Below are positions 16,698-26,052 of a DNA stretch of 64,000 nt, piece by piece (the stretch's first letter is position 1; the number at the start of each line of letters is the position of its first letter). Made by a program: the position numbers and the translations under genes. The stretch comes from Candidatus Aminicenantes bacterium. Lineage in GTDB: Bacteria > Acidobacteriota > Aminicenantia > Aminicenantales > JAFGBC01. Below the pieces are notes generated by a model. That model did no database searches. It worked only from the letters and a program-made list of their open reading frames with translations, and was not told the origin of the DNA. Where the stretch lies: assembly GCA_963702005.1 (NCBI GenBank), contig OY969696.1:1312001-1376000 (forward strand). Reading direction: 5' to 3'.

Positions 16698-18410
16698 ATG
16701 AAAAGAGAGGCACCCCGCTACGGCTTGGGGCTCGATTTCGGGACGAACTCGGTCCGAGCTCTCCTTGTCGAGCTCCGCACCGGCCGGGAAACCGCGACCG
16801 CCGTCCACGCCTATGAGACGGGGCGGGAAGGGATCCTCCTGGACCGGTCCGACCCGAATCTGGCCCGCCAAAACCCGGCCGATTACCTGACCGGCACGAT
16901 CGCCTGCGTCCGGGCCGTGTTGGCCAAGGCCCGCAAAGCGGCCAAGGGTTTCGCCCCGGCCCGTGTTGTCGGGATCGGGATCGATACGACGGGATCGACG
17001 CCGCTTCCGGTGGATAGGGCGGGCGTTCCGCTCGCCTTCCGCAAGGAGTTCAGGCGAAACCCGAACGCCCAGGCCTGGCTCTGGAAGGATCACACCGGGT
17101 ACGCCGAGGCGGCCCAGATCACGGAGCTGGCGGCCCGCGAGCGGCCCGAGTACCTGGCCAAATGCGGCGGGACTTACTCCTCGGAGTGGTTCTTCAGCAA
17201 GATCCTTCACTGCCTTCGGACCGAGCCGCGCGTCTTCGAAGCGGCCTGGAGCTGGGTCGAGTGCTGTGATTATATCCCCGGTGTCCTGACCGGGACCGTA
17301 AAACCCGATGTCCTCAAGCGTGGCCGTTGCGCGGCCGGACACAAAGCCATGTTCAACGACGCCTGGGGGGGGTTGCCCGCCAAGGACTTCCTGTCCAAGC
17401 TCGATCCCCGGCTGGGCGAACTCCGCGACCGCCTCTACGGCAAGACCTACACGGCCGATGTCCCGGCCGGGGCTCTGACCGCGGAATGGGCCGGGAAGCT
17501 CGGCCTGGAAGCCGGGATTCCGGTCGCGGTCGGCGCCTTCGACGCGCATCTCGGAGCCGTCGGCGCCGGCGTCGCGCCGGGAACTCTCGTCAAGATCATC
17601 GGCACCAGCACCTGCGATATCACGGTTTGGCCGGCCGACCGCGCCTTGGCGGACATCCCCGGGCTGTGCGGTATCGTCGACGGGTCCGTCCTCCCCGGAT
17701 GCTTCGGGCTCGAGGCGGGACAGTCGGCCGTCGGCGATATTTTCAACTGGTTCGTGAGCGCCATCGCCCCGGGCGGGAAGAAGGAGGGCTCCCACGAGGC
17801 TCTGTCGCGAAAAGCGGCCCGGCTCAAGCCCGGACAGTCGGGACTGCTGGCCCTCGACTGGAACAACGGCAATCGGACCATCCTGGTTGACCAGCGCCTG
17901 ACCGGACTCCTCATCGGCCAGACCCTCCATACGGCGCCCGAGGAGATCTATCGGGCCTTGGTCGAAGCGACGGCGTTCGGGGCGCTCGCGATCATCAACC
18001 GTTTCGAGGAGTACGGCGTCAAGGTCGACCAGGTCGTCAACTGCGGAGGGATCGCCGAGAAGAATCCCTTCCTCATGCAGCTCTATGCCGACGTCCTCGG
18101 CCGCGAGATGAAGGTCGCCCGCTCGGCCCAAACCTGCGCCCTGGGATCGGCCATCGCCGGGGCGGTCGCGGCCGGGGCGGAGCGGGGCGGTTTCGCCGGC
18201 TTCGTGGAAGGCCAAGCGGCCGTCTGCGGCATCAAGCCTAAGGTCTACCGGCCCGACCCGGGGCGGCACAAGGTCTACCGCGAGCTTTACCGGCTCTATC
18301 GCCAGCTTCACGACGCCCTGGGCACCAAGTCCTGGACCGGGAACCTGCACAACGTCATGAAGGATCTCTTGGCCCTGCGGGACGTCCAGCGGTCGGCGAA
18401 AGGGCACTGA
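16698..18410 (+). CDS. araB: Ribulokinase
   Basis: GLDFGTNSVRA, DTTGSTP, LWKDHT, YSSEWF, GHKAM, DWNNGNR motifs. Confidence 0.93.
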   Translation: MKREAPRYGLGLDFGTNSVRALLVELRTGRETATAVHAYETGREGILLDRSDPNLARQNPADYLTGTIACVRAVLAKARKAAKGFAPARVVGIGIDTTGSTPLPVDRAGVPLAFRKEFRRNPNAQAWLWKDHTGYAEAAQITELAARERPEYLAKCGGTYSSEWFFSKILHCLRTEPRVFEAAWSWVECCDYIPGVLTGTVKPDVLKRGRCAAGHKAMFNDAWGGLPAKDFLSKLDPRLGELRDRLYGKTYTADVPAGALTAEWAGKLGLEAGIPVAVGAFDAHLGAVGAGVAPGTLVKIIGTSTCDITVWPADRALADIPGLCGIVDGSVLPGCFGLEAGQSAVGDIFNWFVSAIAPGGKKEGSHEALSRKAARLKPGQSGLLALDWNNGNRTILVDQRLTGLLIGQTLHTAPEEIYRALVEATAFGALAIINRFEEYGVKVDQVVNCGGIAEKNPFLMQLYADVLGREMKVARSAQTCALGSAIAGAVAAGAERGGFAGFVEGQAAVCGIKPKVYRPDPGRHKVYRELYRLYRQLHDALGTKSWTGNLHNVMKDLLALRDVQRSAKGH

Positions 18411-18411
18411 G

Positions 18412-19116
18412 ATGTACGGGGACCTCAAGGAAATCGTCTGGAAAGCCAACCTCGACCTCGTCCGGAACGGCTTGGTCGTCCTGACCTTCGGGAACGCGAG
18501 CGGAGCGGACCGGGCCAAGGGCGTCATGGCCATCAAGCCGAGCGGCCTGGATTACGCGGTCCTCAGGCCGGCCGACATGGTCGTCGTGGATCTGGACGGC
18601 CGGATCGTCGAGGGCAAACTCCGGCCGTCCTCGGATGCGCCGACCCATCTCGAACTCTACCGGGCCTTTTCCCAGGCGGGAGGCATCGTCCACGCCCACA
18701 GTCTTTACGCGACCATGTTCGCGCAGGCCGGCCGGGCCATCCCTTGCCTGGGAACGACCCACGCCGATTATTTCAACGGGCCGGTGCCCGTCACCCGGAG
18801 CCTGACGGCCCGGGAGGTCGCGAAGGATTACGAGGCGGCGACCGGCCGCGTCATCGCCGAGCGCTTCCGGGGCCTCAAACCCGCCGAGATGCCCGCGGTC
18901 CTGGTGGCCGGCCACGGCCCCTTCGCATGGGGCGCCACGGTCGAGGAGGCCGTTCGGCATGCCCTTATTCTCGAGCGTATCGCGCGGATGGCCTGGGGGA
19001 CGATGGCCTTGACCGGCAAGGCCCGGATGCTTCCCGGTTATCTGCTGCGCCGGCATTTCCACCGAAAGCACGGGCCGGACGCTTACTACGGACAGACGAA
19101 GGAGAAGTCAAGATGA
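18412..19116 (+). CDS. araD: L-ribulose-5-phosphate 4-epimerase
   Basis: TFGNAS, IKPSG, PSSDAPTH, GTTHADYF, HGPFAWG, KHG..AYYGQ. Confidence 0.93.
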   Translation: MYGDLKEIVWKANLDLVRNGLVVLTFGNASGADRAKGVMAIKPSGLDYAVLRPADMVVVDLDGRIVEGKLRPSSDAPTHLELYRAFSQAGGIVHAHSLYATMFAQAGRAIPCLGTTHADYFNGPVPVTRSLTAREVAKDYEAATGRVIAERFRGLKPAEMPAVLVAGHGPFAWGATVEEAVRHALILERIARMAWGTMALTGKARMLPGYLLRRHFHRKHGPDAYYGQTKEKSR

Positions 19117-20597
19117 TGAAGAACGTTCCGACCGTCAACCTGGGGATCGTCGCCGTCAGCCGCGACTGCTTCCCGATCGAGCTCTCCCGGACGCGCCGCA
19201 AGAGAGTCGCGGCCGAATGCCGGGCCAAGCGGGTCCCGGTCGTCGAGATCGAGACCATCGTCGAAAGCGAGAAGGACGTCCTGCGCGCCTTGGCCGAATT
19301 GCGGACGAAGAACGTCAATGCCCTGGTCGTCTTCCTGGGGAATTTCGGGCCGGAGGGGCCGGAGACCCTGCTCGCCCAGAAGTTCGACGGCCCGGTCATG
19401 TTCGCGGCCGCCGCCGAGGAGACCCAGAAGAACCTCATCCAGGGCCGCGGCGACGCGTTCTGCGGAATGCTCAGCGCCTCTTATAATATCGGACTCCGGA
19501 GGCTTCGGCCTTATATCCCCGAATACCCGGTCGGCACGGCGGCCAAGGTCGCCGCCATGATGGCCGCCTTCATCCCGATCGCCCGCGTCCGGCTCGGGCT
19601 CAAGGCGCTCAAGATCTTCGGGTTCGGCCCGCGGCCCCAGGATTTCCTGGCCTGCAACGCCCCCATCAAGCCGCTGTTCGACATCGGGGTGGAGGTCATG
19701 GAGAACAGCGAGCTCGACCTCTACGACATCTTCCTTAATGCCAAGGGACGGCCCGCCGTCAAATCGGTCGCCAAGGAGATGGCCAAGGAGCTGGGCGCCG
19801 GCAACACTTACCCGGGGATTCTCGAAAAGCTGGCCCAGTTCGAAGTCGCCCTGATCGAGTTCATGGAGGCCAATCTGGGAGCGTCGTCTTTCGGCGTCTT
19901 CGCCGACAAATGCTGGCCGTCCTTCGAGCGCTACTTCGGGTTCGTCCCCTGCTATGTCAACGCCCGGATGGCCGCCCGTGGCATCCCGGTCGCCTGCGAA
20001 GTCGACATCTACGGCGCCCTGAGCGAGTACATGGCGACCTGCGCCACGGAGCTGCCGGCGACGCTCCTCGACGTCAACAACACCGTCCCCGACGACATGG
20101 TCAAGGCCGCCAAGGCCAAGCTCAAAGGGTTCGGGCCGCGGGACCTGTTCATGGGCTTCCACTGCGGGAACACGGCCTCCGGCTGCCTGGTCGGGGGCGC
20201 CATCAAGTATCAGCTCATCATGAACCGGCTCATGGAGGGCGGAAAAAAGCCGGAGATCACCCTGGGGACGCTGGAGGGGAGAATTAAGCCCGGCCAAATC
20301 ACGATCTTCCGGCTCCAGTCGACGGCGGCGGGCGAGCTGCGCGCTTACGTCGCGGAGGGCGAGGTCCTGGACATCGACCCCAAGTCCTTCGGCGGCATCG
20401 GGGTCTTCGGAATCCGGGAAATGGGCCGCTTCTACCGCCACGTCCTCATCGAGAAGCGCTTCCCCCATCACACGGCCGTCGCCTTCGCCCACGCCGGGAA
20501 GGCGCTGTTCGCGGCCGTCCGCATGCTGGGCGTCGAGGACGTCGGCTTCAACCGGCCGGCCGGCTCATTCTACCCGGGCGAGAATCCGTTCGGGTGA
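19113..20597 (+). CDS. L-fucose/L-arabinose isomerase-family protein
   Basis: NFGPE, RGDAFCG, KCWP, ACEVD, FHCGN, FPHH motifs; ATGA overlap with araD. Confidence 0.82.
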   Translation: MMKNVPTVNLGIVAVSRDCFPIELSRTRRKRVAAECRAKRVPVVEIETIVESEKDVLRALAELRTKNVNALVVFLGNFGPEGPETLLAQKFDGPVMFAAAAEETQKNLIQGRGDAFCGMLSASYNIGLRRLRPYIPEYPVGTAAKVAAMMAAFIPIARVRLGLKALKIFGFGPRPQDFLACNAPIKPLFDIGVEVMENSELDLYDIFLNAKGRPAVKSVAKEMAKELGAGNTYPGILEKLAQFEVALIEFMEANLGASSFGVFADKCWPSFERYFGFVPCYVNARMAARGIPVACEVDIYGALSEYMATCATELPATLLDVNNTVPDDMVKAAKAKLKGFGPRDLFMGFHCGNTASGCLVGGAIKYQLIMNRLMEGGKKPEITLGTLEGRIKPGQITIFRLQSTAAGELRAYVAEGEVLDIDPKSFGGIGVFGIREMGRFYRHVLIEKRFPHHTAVAFAHAGKALFAAVRMLGVEDVGFNRPAGSFYPGENPFG

Positions 20598-20614
20598 TTT
20601 CCGGAGATACGCGG

Positions 20615-21748
20615 CTAGAGATCTTCCACCCAACCGTTAAGCCTGCCGATATTCCGGTTGAGGAGTTCACAGACGAATTCGTCGGGCTCAATGCAGACTT
20701 CGGGCGGCAGGACGCCGACCCCCTTGACTTTGCCTTCAACGAGCATTTGCGCCCCGACCGAAGCCGGGATGCCGGTCCCCTGGGCAATCCGTCCGGCCGA
20801 TGAATAAAATACGCGGCGGGTTTTGGTTCCCTTTTTTCCTTTGACCGCGACGCGCAAGGCTCCCTGCTTGGAGACACCCGTCAGGCCCAGACATCTTTTA
20901 TGGAAGAGAGCCGCCGCAAAATCCATCGGATCCGCCTCCCCTCCCTGGACCTGGAGCGGGCCTTCGCTGCGGCCGATGCGGCCGAGGGCTACGATCCACT
21001 CGTTGACGACGGCCGGATTAAAGGAGGCTTTGTCATCGACGACTTTGACCCCCGGGAACGACCGGGACAGGGTGATCGGCTCCGGGTGTCCGATATGGAA
21101 GACGTCAAGGGCCCCGACCGGATCGGGAAACTCGATCCGTTCTTTTCCGTCGACGAAGGATTGAACCTCGACGAGCCGGCCGTCCCGAAAGGTGAGCGCG
21201 GTGTGGGACAGCGAATACAATAGATGATAGGAGAGGGCCAGCCCTCCGGGGTCGGAGCCGCTCATGACCCAAGCCGTATGGATTTCCTCGACCTCGTCCA
21301 GTTGATTGGCGGCGGCCCGGACCAGGACATTATTCACGCCGGGGCTCGCGCCCAAACCCAAGATGATCGTAATCCCGGCCCGGCGGGCCGACTCATCCAG
21401 GTCGTACATCTCAAACGTGGTCAGGTAATCATCATTGATGTCGACCAGCGACACGCCGGCCTTGATGGCGGCGCGAGCGACCAGAGTTTCGTATTTATAA
21501 TTCGGGCCCGCGCAATTGACCACGACGTCGAAACCCTTCATGAGTCCGGCCAGATCGCCCGGCTGCCGCAGGTCCAGGGCTAAGGCCGAGGTCTTGGCCG
21601 CCCCCCCTTTCTGCCGCGCCAAGACGGTCTTGGCTTTAGCCAGGCTTCGCGTGGCGACGACAATTTCACCGAATTTTCCCGACCGATAAAGGTCCCGGAT
21701 CGCCTCTTCGCCCATTTCTCCCGAGCCTAAAACCAGCGCACGTTTCAT
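20615..21748 (-). CDS. Saccharopine dehydrogenase-like NAD(P)-dependent oxidoreductase
   Basis: LGSGEMG Rossmann motif, NCAGP, DINDD, GLGASPG, GHPEP. Confidence 0.85.
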   Translation of the reverse strand: MKRALVLGSGEMGEEAIRDLYRSGKFGEIVVATRSLAKAKTVLARQKGGAAKTSALALDLRQPGDLAGLMKGFDVVVNCAGPNYKYETLVARAAIKAGVSLVDINDDYLTTFEMYDLDESARRAGITIILGLGASPGVNNVLVRAAANQLDEVEEIHTAWVMSGSDPGGLALSYHLLYSLSHTALTFRDGRLVEVQSFVDGKERIEFPDPVGALDVFHIGHPEPITLSRSFPGVKVVDDKASFNPAVVNEWIVALGRIGRSEGPLQVQGGEADPMDFAAALFHKRCLGLTGVSKQGALRVAVKGKKGTKTRRVFYSSAGRIAQGTGIPASVGAQMLVEGKVKGVGVLPPEVCIEPDEFVCELLNRNIGRLNGWVEDL

Positions 21749-21766
21749 GATGCCCTCCGATAAATC

Positions 21767-22981
21767 CTAAAGGGCTTCCGGGCCGGCTCTCTTCAAGCGC
21801 GGCTCGATCGGTCCGCCGTAAATCCTGTACTCATCGAGTTGACAGGAACGGATCAGCCGGCCCTTGTAGAGCATCAGATTGAGGCAGCCGTCACATTGGT
21901 TGATCCGCCCAGCGAAGACCTCATTCGGTTGTTGGAGATTGATGCATTGGACGTAAATCTTCTCGAAGAGCGTCCTGGGGTTGCGCAGCGACGCCTTGAG
22001 GAACCGCCCCAGCGCTTTCCGGACTTGTCCGTCGACGAGGGACGGCAAAAAAATTTTCATGCCCGGCGAGGTCTGTTCTTGGAAGGCGCAATAGCGTCCT
22101 CGTCTCAGGTGATGGAAGACCTGGACCAGTTCCGCCGTTTTCGGCCCCAGGGCGCCGTAGACCTGACGCGTCGTGCCGACCGGCAGCATGATGAGAAATT
22201 TAAGGCTTTCGGGGGAGGTCGTCCCGTTCAAGTACGCGCAGGGCCTGACCTCGGGGAATCGGTCCATAAGAAGGTCGGCCATGCGATCCGTCGTCACGCT
22301 CAAATCCTCCGGACGGCGGGTCGTACACTGAAGCCGACTGGTATCGATCGGCCGGCCGTTGACTTCATAGACCCAATCGTCCCGGAGGAGGAGCGATCGG
22401 AAGGCGATCAGAGAGACGTGCTGGACTTTATGGATATTCGCCCTGGACCAGGTGATGATGTCGGGCAGAGAGGCCAGCGTCGAGGGAAAGACGGTGATGT
22501 TATAGCCGCATTGAACTCCGCCGAGATCCCAGAGCATGTCCGCGTATCTTTGGCGGAGGGTGTTCATCTCGCCCTCCGTTTTTCCGACCCAGCCGGGCCG
22601 CTGCTGGCCCGCATCGACATGGATATAGAACAAGACCAGGCCGGCGCGCTTGAGCTCCGCGGCCAGGTCCCGGGTCAGCTTCTCGCCGTTGGTGAGGATC
22701 ATGGGCTTCATCCCGTGCCGGGCGATGAACCGGACGACTTCGACGAGGTCCGGATAGAGCAGCGGCTCTCCGCCGGCGATAGCGATCCGTTCGCAATGAA
22801 GCATCTCCCGGAGGGTGAGGATCTCCTGTTCGAGCTCGGCCAGCGGCCGGTGTCCTTCCAGGGAGTGGCGGAAGCAGCCCGGGCAGTGAAGGTCGCAGGC
22901 GTCGGTCACCTCAATCCAGGCGCCCGGGTTGTCGGTCCTGGACCAGGGAAAACGGTAGAGTGTTTCTCGGGACAGGCTCAT
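21767..22981 (-). CDS. Radical SAM protein, paralog 3
   Basis: CDLHCPGC, GGEP, TNG; C-terminal CxxC-x13-C. Confidence 0.9.
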   Translation of the reverse strand: MSLSRETLYRFPWSRTDNPGAWIEVTDACDLHCPGCFRHSLEGHRPLAELEQEILTLREMLHCERIAIAGGEPLLYPDLVEVVRFIARHGMKPMILTNGEKLTRDLAAELKRAGLVLFYIHVDAGQQRPGWVGKTEGEMNTLRQRYADMLWDLGGVQCGYNITVFPSTLASLPDIITWSRANIHKVQHVSLIAFRSLLLRDDWVYEVNGRPIDTSRLQCTTRRPEDLSVTTDRMADLLMDRFPEVRPCAYLNGTTSPESLKFLIMLPVGTTRQVYGALGPKTAELVQVFHHLRRGRYCAFQEQTSPGMKIFLPSLVDGQVRKALGRFLKASLRNPRTLFEKIYVQCINLQQPNEVFAGRINQCDGCLNLMLYKGRLIRSCQLDEYRIYGGPIEPRLKRAGPEAL

Positions 22982-24183
22982 GGGACCCCCTCCCTGCGTT
23001 TGACGGGACGAATCTCGCCGCCGAACATCCGATATTCATCCAGCCGGCAGGAATTGATCAGCCGTCCTTGATAGTGCATCATGTTGGCGCATCCGTCGCA
23101 AAGATTGACCAGGTCGCCCAGGATCTCGTTGGGCTGCTGGAGGTGGATGCTCTGAACGTAGATTCTATCGAACAGCCGGGCGGGATTCCTCAAGCACGCC
23201 TCAAGGAAGCTCCGGAAGGCCCGCCGGATCTCAGGGTCGAGCGCGGACAGGACAAATATTTTTTTCCCCGCGGGACGCCGGAGGAAGGCGCAATAGCGGT
23301 TCAGCCACAGATGGTAAAAAACCTGGACGATCTCCATGGTTTTAGGGCCCAGGACGCCGTAGATTTTCCGGGTTGAGCCGACAGGGGCGGCGATGAGGTA
23401 TTTCGTGGTCAGGGGATCGGCTGTTCCGCTCAGGTAGGCGCAAGCACGAAGACCGGGAATTTGCTTCTCCAGGACGGCGAACATGTCCTCCGTGGTCAGG
23501 CTGATCTCCTCGGGAGCGGGGACGTTTTCTTGATAGGGAGCCAGGTCCACTTTTTCTCCGTTGACCCGGTAGTCGAGATCCTCATTCCCGGGGATAAGTC
23601 GGAAAGCGATGAGTGAAATGTGCTGGACCTTGTGGATGTTCGACAGGCACCATTCCACGACCCCCGGAAGGTCATTCAAGCTGGACCGATAGACGGTCAG
23701 GTTATAGCCGCATTGCACCCCGCCCAATTCCCAGATTAAATCGGCATATCGCTGCCGGAGGGCGTTCATGCCCAGCTCGCTTCGGCCTTCCCAGCCCGGC
23801 CTGTTTTGTCCGCTGTCGACATGAAAGTGAAATTTGGCCAGCCCGGCCTTCTTGAGGTCCTTGGCCAGAGACCAGTCCAGTTTTTCGCCGTTGGTCAGGA
23901 TGACGGGTTTAATCCCGCGTCTGGCCATAAAATCCACGACCTCGACAATATGGGGATAGATGAGGGGTTCTCCGCCGGCGATGGCCATGCTGTCGCAGCG
24001 GGTCAGCCGATGGCCCTCCAGAATGTCCTTCCGCACGGCTTCGAGCGGCCGATGTCCCTCCAGCCGGTGGCGGTAGCATCCGCGGCACTCCAGGTCGCAT
24101 TCATCCGTGACTTCCACCCAAGCCCCGGGATTATCCGTCTTGGACCAGGGGAATCGATAAAGGCGGTTCCGATCAAGCGCCAT
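22978..24183 (-). CDS. Radical SAM protein, paralog 2
   Basis: CDLECRGC, GGEP, TNG; C-terminal CxxC-x13-C; start chosen by alignment with paralogs and GAGGAG RBS. Confidence 0.9.
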   Translation of the reverse strand: MALDRNRLYRFPWSKTDNPGAWVEVTDECDLECRGCYRHRLEGHRPLEAVRKDILEGHRLTRCDSMAIAGGEPLIYPHIVEVVDFMARRGIKPVILTNGEKLDWSLAKDLKKAGLAKFHFHVDSGQNRPGWEGRSELGMNALRQRYADLIWELGGVQCGYNLTVYRSSLNDLPGVVEWCLSNIHKVQHISLIAFRLIPGNEDLDYRVNGEKVDLAPYQENVPAPEEISLTTEDMFAVLEKQIPGLRACAYLSGTADPLTTKYLIAAPVGSTRKIYGVLGPKTMEIVQVFYHLWLNRYCAFLRRPAGKKIFVLSALDPEIRRAFRSFLEACLRNPARLFDRIYVQSIHLQQPNEILGDLVNLCDGCANMMHYQGRLINSCRLDEYRMFGGEIRPVKRREGVP

Positions 24184-24841
24184 GGGCGGCTCCTCGCGGG
24201 ACGCGTTCCATCCGAATCCCGGTCCGGCTCCAGACGGCATAAAAGGCCAAGGCCAGAACCACGCCCGCGACGACGTCCCAGGCGACGTGCTCTTTTAAGG
24301 TCAGAGTCGACAGGGAGATCAGGACCGTCATGAGAACCAGGCCGGATCGCACCGGTCGCGAAGGCCATACCGAAAAAGCCAGGCAGGTGGGGAAGACGGT
24401 CAAAGCGACATGCATGGAAGGAAGACAGGCAAAAGGATGAAGCCACAACATTCGATGGACTGTTTGTTGAAGGGCGATCATCCGTGTCGGGCAAGGCGAG
24501 GCGGCGGCGAAGACATACTCGAGCCCCGCACCGGTCAAGATCATGAGGACATAGGCGGCAACAGCTCTATGGAACATTCGATGGGGGAGTTTCCAGACGA
24601 TCAGGAAGGCTCCGAGAAGGACGTAGAGATCGCCCAGATAATAAAAGCAGGCCGTCCATCCCCAGTAGGGAATCCAGGCGTCAATGAAGATGCTGTAATC
24701 ATGGATGGTCAGCGGGGCCCATTGGGTCAAAGCATTGACTAAACGGTAGCAGGCGATGTGGAAAAGAGCGACGCCCAGGATCATCACCAGATGTCCCAGC
24801 CGATGGCCGTTCGAAAGCTCGGGAGCTCTTGCCGTATTCAT
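24173..24841 (-). CDS. PAP2-superfamily integral membrane protein (lipid phosphatase/phosphotransferase-like)
   Basis: Multiple hydrophobic segments; LPSMHVA and LKEHVAWDVVAG motifs. Confidence 0.75.
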   Translation of the reverse strand: MNTARAPELSNGHRLGHLVMILGVALFHIACYRLVNALTQWAPLTIHDYSIFIDAWIPYWGWTACFYYLGDLYVLLGAFLIVWKLPHRMFHRAVAAYVLMILTGAGLEYVFAAASPCPTRMIALQQTVHRMLWLHPFACLPSMHVALTVFPTCLAFSVWPSRPVRSGLVLMTVLISLSTLTLKEHVAWDVVAGVVLALAFYAVWSRTGIRMERVPRGAAHGA

Positions 24842-26049
24842 TCCGCTTGTTTTCTTGGGCTTGGGACCGTGGTGATAAGATCGCCGAAAATCCGGTATTC
24901 ATCAAGCTGACAGGGATTGATTAATTTGTCTTGATAGATCATCGGATTCACGCAGCAATCACAAAGATTTTTTTTCCCCTCAATCATCTCGTTGGGCTGC
25001 TGAAAGTTAATACACTGAACATAAATCTTTTCGAATATTCTAATGGGATTCCTAACTACGGCTTTTAAATAGTTGACAAACGTTTTTCTGACTTCTTTGT
25101 CAACAAGGGAAAGAATAAACAATTTCTTCCCGACGACCGGATTCTTAAAAAAAGAACAGTATCTCCCTTTGAATAAATGATAAAAAACTTGAACAAGCTC
25201 GACTGTTTGTCTTCCCAAAAAACCGTATGGTCCTCTTTTGCTCCCCGCAGTGAGAATAACTAAATGTTTGTTCGTTTTGTAGGCCGTTGTCCCATTTATG
25301 TAGGCACAGGGCCGGAAGTCAGAATAGCGATTTTGGAGCATTCCAAACATTTCTTCGGTTGAAATATTAATTTCTTCAAGATTCGAATAGCCGATCGGGA
25401 CCGCGCTTGTGTCGATTTTCCGGCCATTGACCACATAGTCCATTCCCTCGACGATGGGCAGGCCCCGAAAGGCGATAAAAGTAATATGCTGGACTTTATG
25501 GATATTGGCCCGGCACCATTCCACGATCTCGGGAATATATTTTAGGTTTGAGCGAAATACCGTGACGTTATACCCGCATTGAATCCCGCCGACTTCCCAG
25601 AGCAAATCGGCATAATGTTGCCTGGCTTCGTTCAATTCGACTTCATTTTTCCCGGTCAAACCCGGCCTGTTCTGAGCGCTGTCGATATGAAAGTGGATCT
25701 TGCTCAAGCCCGCTTTTTTTAGCGCCAAAGCATAATCCCTGGTTAATTTTTCTCCATTGGTGAAAAGCACGGATTTCATTTTATGCTCGGTAATAAATTT
25801 CACGACTTCTACAAGATGAGGATAAATGAGCGGTTCTCCGCCCGCTATGCACAGACAATCGCAGTTGGTTAATTCCTGCACCGCAACAATATCATTTTTA
25901 ACCTCTTCCAAGGACCTATGCCCCTCCAGCCTGTGTCTGTAACAATCGGGACAGGACAAGTCACAATCGTCCGTTACTTCCACCCATCCGCCCTGATTAT
26001 CCGTCCTTGACCAAGGGAGCTTATAAAAATTTCTCCTCATTTCGTTCAT
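24838..26049 (-). CDS. Radical SAM protein, paralog 1 (low GC)
   Basis: CDLSCPDC, GGEP, TNG; C-terminal CxxC-x13-C. Confidence 0.9.
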   Translation of the reverse strand: MNEMRRNFYKLPWSRTDNQGGWVEVTDDCDLSCPDCYRHRLEGHRSLEEVKNDIVAVQELTNCDCLCIAGGEPLIYPHLVEVVKFITEHKMKSVLFTNGEKLTRDYALALKKAGLSKIHFHIDSAQNRPGLTGKNEVELNEARQHYADLLWEVGGIQCGYNVTVFRSNLKYIPEIVEWCRANIHKVQHITFIAFRGLPIVEGMDYVVNGRKIDTSAVPIGYSNLEEINISTEEMFGMLQNRYSDFRPCAYINGTTAYKTNKHLVILTAGSKRGPYGFLGRQTVELVQVFYHLFKGRYCSFFKNPVVGKKLFILSLVDKEVRKTFVNYLKAVVRNPIRIFEKIYVQCINFQQPNEMIEGKKNLCDCCVNPMIYQDKLINPCQLDEYRIFGDLITTVPSPRKQAE

Positions 26050-26052
26050 GGC

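Noticed and set aside
18744-19112. N-terminal extension of the isomerase ORF
   Set aside because: Overlaps araD; the ATG at 19113 with AAGGAG RBS and ATGA coupling is the better start
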